Shown piece by piece: positions 38,789 to 50,800 of a stretch of 64,000 nucleotides of DNA (position 1 is the first letter of the stretch; each line of letters starts with the position of its first letter). The notes under the pieces are model-generated. The model saw nothing but the letters and a program-made list of their open reading frames with translations. It had not been told where the DNA came from and ran no database searches. The position numbers and the translations under genes are program-made. The stretch lies in contig NGBS01000001.1 in the NCBI GenBank assembly GCA_002245135.1, forward strand, positions 434,001 to 498,000, written 5' to 3'. Source of the stretch: Proteromonas lacertae. Taxonomy: Eukaryota.

Positions 38789-39952
38789 CTAAACCATTCC
38801 ATCTTCTAGTTTTACCTTCGGATAACTGGCTGTAGAATTATCTGATGGTGTTAAAATAAGTTGTTTATTATATATAAGAGGAGCTTGACAAAATCCAAAT
38901 ACAATATTTGCATCAGGAACTAAACCTAAAAACAATGGTCTTATTCTTTTGGGTTGTTTTGACATTTGTCTTTGAATTGGATTAACTTCTATTAATAATG
39001 AGATAAAAATGTTATACGATTGGGAGAAAGAAGTATGGAGGAATTAACTGCAGTTGTATTGTTTAAAAAATGCTGTGGATTGGGATTATCCCATCTATAA
39101 AAGAAAAAAGTGAATAATAAATATATGAATATACGAATAGAATAAAGACAGAATAAATGAAGGATCATCAATAAGTGATAATGCAACACTATTGTTATTA
39201 TTGTTAATCGATGTAATTAACTCTAAAAGTGTTTTGTCATTATCTACTACCTTACCATTACTATCATATAATATCAATTTATTAGTATAAACTTCTGCTA
39301 CTTGTTTCCATTTCTTTAATAGATATGAAATTACTGCTGAAAGTGGTTTTGATATATTTGAAGTTAACTATTGATTATAAATAATACAATATACTTCTAA
39401 AAATGGATTATACGGTATTTTATCCATTATATATGACGAATGCTGATCGTATGGTACTAAATGTAGAGTGATTTGTTTATTATCATTCATTATTGTTGTT
39501 AAGCTTAGTTTAAATACATCAGAAACACCACTAAAAAACGACATACCACTTCCATCTTCTTTATTAATTTCATCATCATTTATTAAATCTTCATTCAGAG
39601 CAAAAGGAGGTGGTTTGTGTAAAGGAGATAAAGAATTAGTATTGTAATTATTAAAAGAAAAAAAACCACTACTACTATCAGTTGAACTAGAGTCAGAAAT
39701 AACAGCTGTAATTATTGGATAAGATGTTATTGATAATTTTTCTGCTTTGGAACTATTACTAGTAGATTTCGACCTTGGTCTTTTCACTCCTCTTTTACTA
39801 TTCATTGTTGAGGAGTTTGTTGTATTATTTGAAGAATTATTTGACATGTGATTGCTTGAGTTTGATAATGTATTTGACAATAATGTATTTGTAAGAGGAA
39901 TTGTTGAAGTATTAATTGATGATGCAGATGAAAATGTAGATAAAATTGGAGG

Positions 39953-39990
<38 letters not shown>

Positions 39991-40584
39991 CTATATGATT
40001 ATTAGCAGTTGATTGTAATCTTTTTAAAGTTCTTTTATACAGTAATTTTGCAAAAGATTTAGGAGCTAAAGACTTTTTACCATTCTTTTTATTTGCTTTA
40101 TATATATTATAATAGGTTATCATTGAATAATGAATTGACTATTTTATAGATAAAATTGAAAGTATATACTTCCTTCGATTTCAAGTTAAACTTATCAGAT
40201 ATATATCCATATTTTGTCAACATATTAATCATTTTCTGTATAAATCGATAGTAATATTGCCTGACTTGATCTTTAGTTCGATTTGGAAATTTGTTGCTAA
40301 TTTTGTCAAAATCTTTCCCAAAAGTCTTATAATAACAAAGAAACTTTACAGTTTCATCCTCTGACCAAAAATTTTCAATTTTTGAAGATTTGGGAGCTTC
40401 CTATATTTTTTAAATAATGAATTACTTTAATACAGTTATAAGTATTGATGGAGGTGTGTGTGATTTTTCACGACTAGATATATCTTTAGATTCATTAATA
40501 TTTGTATCTAAATGTATACTTAAATCACTATTAATCTATAACAAATATTATTACATACTTTGAATTAGTTGAAGCTATATTCAT
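38789..40584 (-). CDS. SANT/Myb protein of Cramped / TSL-kinase-interacting protein 1 type
   Basis: WSEDET...FGKDFDKI...RTKDQVRQYYYR and LHLVPYD...NPFLELT...SAVISYLLKKW. Poly-Q tract at about 39953-39990. Confidence 0.7.
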
Positions 40585-40704
40585 ATTTATTTGTGATGCT
40601 AATAAACGATTAACAATCAAATAAAGTTGTTTAGTATAGAGATATTAAGAAAGAATAAAAAACTGAAAAATTCAAATTCATCTTTTTTTTTGCTTTTATT
40701 AACC

Positions 40705-41579
40705 ATGTATATGAATAAAAAAACTATAGAATATAATATATTCTGGGCAGCTATCTACACCTTTTTACTCACATCCTTTTTAATTGGGAATTTATCTCTA
40801 TTAATCTAGTGGTATTTGCTCTTCATCTATGAAGATAGTATTTTGTATAGATTCTATTAATATATAGATTCAATGGTCAACTTATGCAGTTATTTTGGGT
40901 ATATTTCATCTAGCTGAGTTTTTCTTAATTGGTGTATCTTCTCCACAAACCTTATCATTAAGTTGTATAATTATCAGTTCAACAGTATTATTTTTATATT
41001 TAGCCTTTCTTTTATCAAATGGATGGCAGTATAATACAGCAATTATTGTTAGTTGGATTGAGTTTTTTATTAAGTCATTTTTATTCCCAAAGTATATAAG
41101 TAATTAGTTATATTTTTGTATAGTACTGTCATTCCTTTCTGGTTGTATCTTCTTTCATTAACTGCAATTTGTGTCTTTCTTGGAATAAGGTTTTATTCAA
41201 TATATTATGCAGGTCAAAATTTTTCTCATTTAATCGAAACAGAAAAATCAGATAAACATAAATTAGTTACGACAGGAATATATAAGCATTTAAGACATCC
41301 TGCATATTTTGGTTGGTTTTGGTATAGTGTTTTCTCTCAGATTTTGCTATTCAATCCAATTTGTTTTATACTTTATTGTTATGCTTCTTGGAAGTTTTTC
41401 AATGATAGAATTCCATATCTTTTTTCCCTAAAATTTTAATTAATATTTGTTTATCTTAATTATAATTCAAAATTGAAGAGTACTATTTAATTGATTTTTT
41501 TGGAGATGAATATAAAGAATATAAAAGTCATACATTCATAGGAATACCTTTTATTGACAATAACGCTAAATTATATTGA
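40705..41579 (+). CDS. ICMT: Protein-S-isoprenylcysteine O-methyltransferase
   Basis: FHLAEF, AGQNFSHLI, HKLVTTGIYKHLRHPAYFGWFW, RIPIEE...FFGDEY...GIPFI. Needs a +1 fix at about 40803 and a non-GT-AG last intron. Confidence 0.93.
41415..41470 (+). other. Probable U12-type (minor spliceosome) intron with AT-AA termini
   Basis: 5' end ATATCTTT, branch-point-like TTATCTTAAT about 10 nt from the 3' end, no usable GT-AG. Removal restores the conserved RIxxEE motif. Confidence 0.75.
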
Positions 41580-41609
41580 TTTATTGAATGTTTTTTAAAT
41601 TAATAAATA

Positions 41610-41621
41610 ATATTCGTTTCA
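41610..41621. promoter_or_regulatory. Recurrent intergenic 12-mer ATATTCGTTTCA (also 19796-19807, 43046-43057)
   Basis: Three exact intergenic copies upstream of ATGs. Related TGAA(A)CG cores occur at 12884, 22090, 27142 and 43020. Confidence 0.55.
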
Positions 41622-41648
41622 TTTTACTTAATTTTAATTTTCTTAAAA

Positions 41649-42948
41649 ATGGAAGAAGAAATGAAAGAAAAGCAAGAATCAAAGAGACATTTATTACCAC
41701 CACCAAATATTCAACCTAGTCAAATAAGTGAAAGTGGTACTGATACAGAAAATGAAAATCAAACATCATATCAATTATTAAGATCAAGAAGAAGGGTTCA
41801 AATAGAGCAACAAGAAAAATATAATAGCAATATGTCAACAGGATCTCCTTCTAGTCTTTCTACGCCAAAAACTGATCAAGATACAGCAAATGACTCATCT
41901 GACTCTAATGAAGAATCAACGTTCATAGAAAATGATCATTTATCAAAAATGGAAAGTGATGTTGATATGGGAACGTTAAATGAAAATGGACTAGAAGAGA
42001 ACGAATCAGATAATACAGAAGCTAAACCAGAGAGAGAAATACCAATAAAACGTAGACATAAGAGAGGAGGATATGCAGCAGCCGCAGGAAAAAAGAGAAA
42101 AATAGAATCATCTTCATTTAAAGATGATGAATCAACACCACCAAGTCGTATATATTTATTATTATTATTATCAATAGCATTACCAGGAGAACATGTAAAT
42201 AGAACATTAATGTTCTTAAAGAATCTAGCGAAGAATCCTTGTACAAAGCAAACACAATGTGATACATATTTCAGTACAGTTAGAAAAATAAGAAATAGTG
42301 TTGTTACAAAAACTAGAAATCATATCAAATCAGAAAAAACAAAGTATTTATTGTCATATATACATATATATATATTAATAGAGTTAGTAAAAAGGTATTA
42401 CCTGAACCTTGTACATGTGTATCAAAACGAACAGGATTGCCAACATGTTCATTACATAAGAAGTGTTTGAAAGGTTTATATAGTGGATGGAAGGAAGAAT
42501 GTTATGGGAATTATCCACCAAATAATCATAGTATTTTTATTATATTTTTATATAGATGGATATAATGCTCAATTATTAGAATTATTTTTAGATGTGTTGA
42601 GTGATAATTCTTATTATATTGGAAATCCACTAACACATTTTATAGATGATTCTACTGAATTTGAACAGAAAAGATTGGACTATTTTCAAAGAACTAAGAA
42701 TTGTTTAAATAGGAATACATGTTTAGAATTATGGTCTCCTCGTGAAATTACATTATTTGAAGCTGCTATTAGTGTATATGGCAAACAATTCCATGAAATT
42801 CAACAAGAAGTATATTATTTTTGTTTTTATGTGATAGATTAAGACTAAAACCACTGAAGAAGTGGTTGAGTTTTATTATTTGTGGAAAAAGACTTCACAT
42901 TATAAGAATTGGAAGAAATCTTATTATAGTGCTACATACAATGAATAA
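41649..42948 (+). CDS. SANT-domain chromatin regulator (MIER/MTA-like C-terminal SANT)
   Basis: LWSPREITLFEAAISVYGKQFHEIQQEIKTKTTEEVVEFYYLWKKT after splicing, with a disordered N-terminus and a basic NLS-like stretch. Confidence 0.75.
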
Positions 42949-43077
42949 ATAGCTAATTTTATGTTATTATTACTATTATTATGTATGTTTTATATGTTTG
43001 AATAATAGTATCATGTATATCGTTCATTTTAAAAAATAATAAAAAATATTCGTTTCAAGTATTTTTAAATTTTATTT

Positions 43078-44272
43078 ATGAAAAGAAATAGTGAAGCTAC
43101 ATCCAAATATAAATCTGGTCCTATAAAAGCAATTCCAGAAGATTATCAACAGATACAATATTATGATGAAGATCAAGATGATTCCTTCAATCAAGTAGGA
43201 GATCAAATTTGTTATCAGAAAAATATTAAATATCAAATGAATTCAAAACCTCAGTCACATATAGAATCTGACTCTTATTCGACTTCAAGTAGTGTATATT
43301 CAAACACAGCAAAAACACTGTCACCAAATACTTCTGGTGATTTTAGAGATGTTCCAACAAAACGTATAGTACTAGTTTCAAAATCAAATAAACCAAAAGT
43401 AAAACCAAGAGCTCAAAGTGTAGGTAGATCAAGTTCAATTAAAAAAATAACAATTAGATCTACATCAGAAGAAGGAATAGGAAATAAATATTACAAAAAT
43501 GTAAATAATATAAACCGAAAAACATCATCAAATTCTTTTTCAAATTATAGTGATTTTAAAGATACAACAACAACTCAACCAGATAAATATTCATTTTCTC
43601 CTCATCTATCAGATTCATATTATACTGACTATAGTACTGAAAGAAGTAATAACAGTAATAAAATAAATCGAAAATTCTATTCAGCAGATAATACTCCAAG
43701 AGAAAATAATCGAATTTATTCACAACAACAACAACAACAACAAAAACAACAACCAATACCATTTAATATTAATAATAATGAATCTTTTCTATTTTCACAA
43801 AATAAACCAACTCAACATAATAAATTGAAATATATATCTTATCCGCTTGAAACATCACTTTCTATAGATATTGAATCAACTAAATATTTAGAATCTCAAT
43901 TACAATATGAAAAAGAAATGAGACAATTGTTATGGAAAGATGTACAGTTATTAAGAAATGAATTAGATAAATTAACGAATAAAAATGAAAAAGACATTAA
44001 AAATAAAGATGATGAAATGTATGAAATATATGTATCTTTGATGGAAACAAAGAAATTGTTTAATATAAGAAATGAAATATTAATGAATGATAAGAATAAA
44101 TTGGGAGGTAATAGTATAAAAACATTAAGTGCATTTGAAATATCAGCTCAGATTGATAGTTTATTAGCTTTAAATATGAGAATATATGTATATATATATA
44201 TTTATAATAACTAATTATTATTTATAGAAATTTATTGAAAAATATGAAAATATAGTGCTCAAAACAAAATAA
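43078..44272 (+). CDS. Hypothetical Ser-rich protein with C-terminal coiled coil
   Basis: Long ORF plus one 3' intron, ending IVLKTK*. Short poly-Q. Confidence 0.65.
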
Positions 44273-44420
44273 AAATTAGGATATATATAAATATATATTT
44301 ATTAGTGCTGTATATGACTTTGTTGTTTGTTTAATTTGAAAAAATCAAAATAGAATTGAACAAACCATAATCAAATCTGTCATAGTTAAAAATCTATTTT
44401 TCTAATTATAGAAATATAAT

Positions 44421-45557
44421 ATGCTGATATTTGATTTATGAATATTATTATTTCTCATAGATTTATAACTTGCAGATTATATTTATTCATATAGCCAAGA
44501 TCTATTCAATGATACAAAGCCTTTAGGAAACAAACCTCCAGAATATCATAATATAATAAGGCACACATCACAATACACCATTATACAGATAATAACCCTA
44601 ATGCAACAATAAATCCTTTAGTTATATCGGTATCAATGGGATATAATATGTCTCAATTAAGTAAATTCGTATTAAGTCTGAGAAGGTATTATAATGGTTC
44701 AGTGTTATTATTTGTGTTAAAAACTGATGATTACTTGTTTTATGAATGTTTAAGAAAAGCTAAAATAGATATTGTTAATATTACATTTGAATGGCCATAT
44801 TATAGTAATGAGAATAATAACAAATATCCAATAGATGAATCTGTATTACAAAATATTCTAAGATGGGATTATACTTATTCAATTGGTAATTATAGATTGT
44901 TTTTTATAAGAGTTTGGCTTGATAAATATGGTGATAAATACAGTCATATATTTATGGGAGATGCAAGAGATGCAATATTTCAAGGAGATCCATTTAAATG
45001 GAATATAGGAGAAGATGGATTGTATTTAACAGAAAATGTAAGAGGATATTTATTGAAAGATAATAAATGGAATGCAAATCATTTATTCAAATATAAATAT
45101 GGTTATAAACTATTAGATAATCCAATAATCTGTGGAGGTGCAGTATATGGTAGTTATAAACAAATAAAATGGTGGTATGAAATTGTAACAGATTTTATGT
45201 TGAAACAATATATTGATGTTGCAGAACAACTAACGTGGAATTATATTTTATATAATCAATTAAGTCAAGATGAAATAAACAATCATAAAATATATATATT
45301 TAGCAAATGAATATGGTCCAACAAGACATTTAGCAACAGACATAAGAGTAGATGTTGAAAGAAGTAAAGCCAAATCTGATCGATATATTTATAATAGAGA
45401 TAATACACTACCATATTTCATTCACCAATATGACAGGAATGAGTTTTTATACTTAGATTATATTGAATATCATACCGGAATAAGACAGTTTGTTTATGAT
45501 AATGAACATATTTATAGTTTAAATAAAGATACATTAGATTTATATAATAATTTGTAG
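44421..45557 (+). pseudogene. Intronless GT-A-type glycosyltransferase-like gene, probably degraded
   Basis: YSHIFMGDARDAIFQGDPF and PYFIHQYDR motifs. The 5' signal-like region carries two in-frame stops, and there are frame breaks at about 44550-44580 and 45305. Confidence 0.6.
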
Positions 45558-45740
45558 TATAATTCTATTAGTTTATATCTTATAATAATTCAAATATAAA
45601 AACAATGAATTTTGTGTGTGTTTAATCTAATATAAGTAATTACAAAAAACTAAAATAACTATTTCAACAAATATATCCGTTTTTGTTGTTCAGTTATTAT
45701 TAAACAACAAAACAGTCTCAAATCCCATTATTAGCATTAA

Positions 45741-47748
45741 ATGTCAGATAGCTTAGAAGAATTTAAAGTTTTAGTATTAATTAACTAATTATTTATATAA
45801 CATAGGTTTTAAAGGCATCCTGTGAAACAGATGAAGTGAAGAAGAGTGATATTTTGAAACAGATACAAGGATTATCAGGTTTAGAAGAAGATTTTAAAAA
45901 CGTCTATTGGTTGAAATATATATTATTGAAAGATCAATCTTATAATACAATAAAAGAATTTCTAGAAATGGGATATATTAAAATAGTTCTTGATTATTTA
46001 GAAGAAGCATATTCAGCAGATGTAAAAGACGAAAATGACAATGAAGAAAATAACAGTGAGGAAGAAGAAAAAGAAGATGATTTATGTTTAGATGTGGTTG
46101 ATAAACTATTAACATTTCTATTAGAAGTATATTTACGGATATAGTATTATTATAAAATAGGAAGGAGAAATAATAAAAGAGAGAGAAGGATATGATAATA
46201 ACCCTTTTGCAGAAGAAATATTGAAATACAACAAAGTGGCATTAATGAATTATGAAGGATTATTTGATGAAGTACTAGCAAAGAAATATTTCAGATATGA
46301 AGAGATTATTGACGATTGTGGTGATAAATTTTATCGAATTAAACCGTTTATATCTAATTGGATGTGTGATAGTAAATTTAAAGAAATGAAAAAGAGAATG
46401 AAAATGAAAACTATTAAAAATGATGATATACAAATAGCTAATGAGTTTATTGAAAAGATAAAGACTGTTGAGTTATTGAATTTAGATAATGCAATGATAA
46501 TGAGAATAAAAGAGATAGTTAATGATAAGATGATAATAAATGAAGAAGAAATGGAATGGAATGCAAACGATATAAAAATAGAAAGAAATGATGATGATTT
46601 AATAAATATCATGATAAAGTTAGTAAATGGATTAGAGAGTTTACACAAAATTGGTATAATTCATGGAAATATAAACCCAAATAATATATTATGCAATAAA
46701 AAAGGTGAATATAAGTATGATGATTATGGAATAAATAGAATAAGAGGTGCAAATGAAATATTATTAAAAAATTTAAAATATGTAAATCGAGAGTTGTTAC
46801 TAGGTACAGAACAAACATCTCATGGTGATATATTCAATTTAGGGTTAGTATTTCATAAATTAGTAAGTGGAAATGATTTATTGGATGGAAAGTCTATAAA
46901 AGAGATAAATGATACTATCTTGAATAAAAATAACTCAATAAAGTCAATACATTCTAACTTTCAGGCAATTATAGAAAGAATATTAAATGGAAAAGTAATA
47001 ATGGAATTAGAAGAAATTAGGATTGAATTAGAAGAGATTTCAAAGAAGGAGATTAATTTGAATGAAATAGTATGTGGTATGAATTTTTCAATGGATTTTT
47101 ATGATAGTAATGGAATGATTATGACAATTTTGCCTATTGTATCAAAATGTAGAGACAAAGCAAGTATATTTTTTTTATGTTATACTTTATGATATAGAAT
47201 ATTTTTATGAGATGATTGATTTATATAAGGAGTATGAAATGATCGAGTATATTAGCTATTTAACTAATTTCATATGGCACAATAATGGAAATTATATTTA
47301 TAAGAAGATTTGTCATAAAGAATTGAATTTAAATGAAGATGGATATGAAAGTCATGAAGAAACGACAGCATCATTAATAAGAGGAGCACATGGCAATTTT
47401 ACTCTTGTATTTTATGGAAGTGATAATGATGACAATTATTCAGAACTATCAGGACAATTTGAGAATTTAAAATTAATGAAAAGGTTGTTTCTTATAAACG
47501 AATGTAATTACTCTGTAATAATTAAAAATTTAACAATTCTAACAAATTTAACATATATAGATATTGATAATGAAGATCATGATTATGATCTCTATTATGA
47601 TTCAAAAAATGTGATAGGCAAAAAATTAAAAAGAGTAAAAACTCAATTGCCAAGATTAAAATTTGGAAAGAATTTAAGTGAGTTTATAGATAATAACTCA
47701 AACGAAGAAATAGAAGAAGATAAAAGTGATGAAGAAGATAGTGATTAA
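45741..47748 (+). CDS. Pseudokinase (C-lobe-like region) with short LRR-like C-terminus
   Basis: LHKIGIIHGNINPNNIL (HRD to HGN), DYG, DIFNLG. No recognisable Gly-loop. Three introns. Confidence 0.7.
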
Positions 47749-47838
47749 GATTATTTTTCCTTTTTATTAGTTTTAATTTTCCCATTAAAAAAAACAAATA
47801 ATTATATAAAAACTTAATAATAATAATTTATATTAAAA

Positions 47839-50800
47839 TCATATATTTGTATTATCATTTATGTTGAATTTGTTATTATTTAAGTAAGATGGAGCTTCAA
47901 CAATATTTACAAATGGATTAGACCATTTTGCATAACTCCATTCACTTCTTTCATTACTTTCTTCTTTTTTATTCTTTGATTGAATTCTAATATAATAAGC
48001 CTTCTTCGTCTTTAATCCACAAAGATAATTTCCATTTCTTGATAATTCTGTTGGTTTTAAATCAATTGAATAGTTATTTGGGAATGTTGTTAATGTATCA
48101 TAACTTACACGATATAATACAATTTCTTCACCTCCATCATCTACTGGTGGAGTTATTCTCATTAATAAACAGGTTGAATTGTATTTCTCTACATCAAATC
48201 TTTCTGGAGGTTGTGGAGCATCACTTGGTGTTAATTTTGTTGGTTTTGAAACTCTACTTTCACTACATCCATTCTTATTATAAGCAAACATCCTACTATA
48301 ATATGTAATACCTCTTTTAACTTCAACAATTTCTGTTCTTTCATTATCATCTACATATGGAATATTAATAATCATATAAGCATTGAAACGACTATCACAA
48401 ATATCTTTAAATCTTCTACCTGATGAGTTGAAAATATTGTTTGTGTCTATTTCAAGTACATATCCTAACAACGGAGATCCATTATTATTACCTGGTTTGT
48501 ATGTTATATATAAAGTATTCGAAGTTGCTTTCATATTCACTACATCTAACATATTTGGTTTAGCTGTTGTAGTGATTATATCTGAATATGTATAATTCGA
48601 ATTTGATTTTTCTGTCATTGCTAATACTTTAACTTGCAACTGTCTGTGTGAAGGCAAATTCTGTAGTATTATCTTACCTGTACATCTTGTTGGATAAAAT
48701 GACTTCTGTTTATTCTTAATTACTACATTAGTCTCTGATGTTGAGTTAATTTCTAAAGAGTGTAACTTCTGTTTAAATTCAACTAAAAATCCATCATCTT
48801 CATTATAAGTTATTGAAACATTATTGATTGATGGAATTGCAGTTAATGCAGATTCTAAAGATCCTTTTCCTTCACCATCATAAATATTATCATATTTTGT
48901 TTCTGAATCTGATGTTGTTGTATTTGAATTAAGTGTTATTTCTCTTGTTATACCTAACATTACAGGATGAGGTTGTGTTGTTCTTCCATAAACATTTAAC
49001 GATATTTCTGTGTTGCTTGGTTTTATTTGCCATATTTCATATACTGGATTATTTGGACATCTTATTTCATTATTTTCATATATATCTTCATCTATTTCTA
49101 TCATATTCTCTATATTTTCAAGAGGAGTAAACGTATCATTAATTATTTCTCCTATTTCTATTCTATATCCTGTTATTGGTGATCCACCATCATATTCTTC
49201 ATCAGATATATATAACTCTAGTTGTTTACTATTTCCATTACCATTAACTCTTATTTTAGGAGGTTCAGGTATGACATTCTTAATAACATAACTTCCTTGA
49301 GCTTCACCAACTGATATTCCATATCTACTATGCGCATGTATTCTGAATTCATATGGATGATTTGGTAATAAATTATCTATAACATATTCTGATGAGGTTA
49401 TGTTTGTTATAACCTTATAATTTGTGGGTATTTCTAATAATCTTGAACCACTTGTACATCCTTTAAATACTCTATTATCACATATCTTTACAATTGTGGA
49501 TGATTCATTCAAATACAATCTGTCAATTTCTATTGGATCATGATACATAAAGTAATCATGATATTCTATATCAAATCTACAACTAAGTATATTATCATTA
49601 TCATTATCATATATATTTTCATTAGTTACTACTTCCTCTTCCTCTTCTTCTTCATACTCATCATCATCATTTATTCTAATTGTTGACGAGTTAACTGTTA
49701 CTAATATATTACCAAAATCAGCTGATGCTGTTGATTCTATTATTTTTCCTATATAACTACAATTTCTATCAAATGGAATCCATTCTCCATATTCTCCTTT
49801 ATCCAACTTTAATCTGAAACTATTTCCTTTTTGAGCTTTTATTGATAAAGATTGTATCTCATAAGCACCTTCTTTTATACTTCCACTTTGAACAACTGAT
49901 GCAAAACAATTATTATTCGTCTTATCACCGTTTTCTTCATCCATTATTTTATAACTAAATAGTGGAACATTTGAATATCTAATTCCATTCATACTCTCTA
50001 TTTCATCTTTATATGTTATTAAAAACTCTATTGCTGTTGTATTTTGTCTTTTCATTACTTTAATATCTCCTAACTCTTTTATTTCTGATAATATCTTATA
50101 ACGTATTTCATAATCTTCATCTTCTGTTGATATTGTAACATTATATTCTGTTCTTGAAAAAGGTAAATAATAATACAATTCAACTATTGATGGCATTCTA
50201 TCTGTTTCATCAACTGGATAACATAATAATGAATGTATTGTTGGATAAGAAATTGTTTCAAAATACGCTACTGTATAAGTGAAATTCTCATCGCTTAACA
50301 TTCTACCTGTTGCTTCTTCCCATGTTAATTTAACTGAATTGGATGGCATATAATCATTTTCTGATGGAATTTCTTCTATTGTTATATCTTCATTTATAGA
50401 TGGTTGTGGGAATATTGTTAGACTTTTGGGTGTTGAATAAACTGCTTCACTATTTCCAATTATGTTAAATGCATAAATTCTAAAGTAATATTCATAATGT
50501 TCTAATTTATGAATATAATAATATTCATTTGGAACTGGTAATGGAATCATATCTTTTACATCAATTGTTATACTCTTACTATACATGAAATATGGATTAT
50601 TGGAATATTCTATTATATATCCTTCTATTACTCTTCCTCCATCATTTATTGGTTCAATTATTCGGAATTTAACTTGTTGATCAAATACTGCACTTACTGT
50701 GAAGTTTCTAACTGGATATGGAACAACATTTTTTGGTTTTAAACTATTAATTGAATATCCATAATTAATGATATGATCAACATTTGGAATAACACCATTA

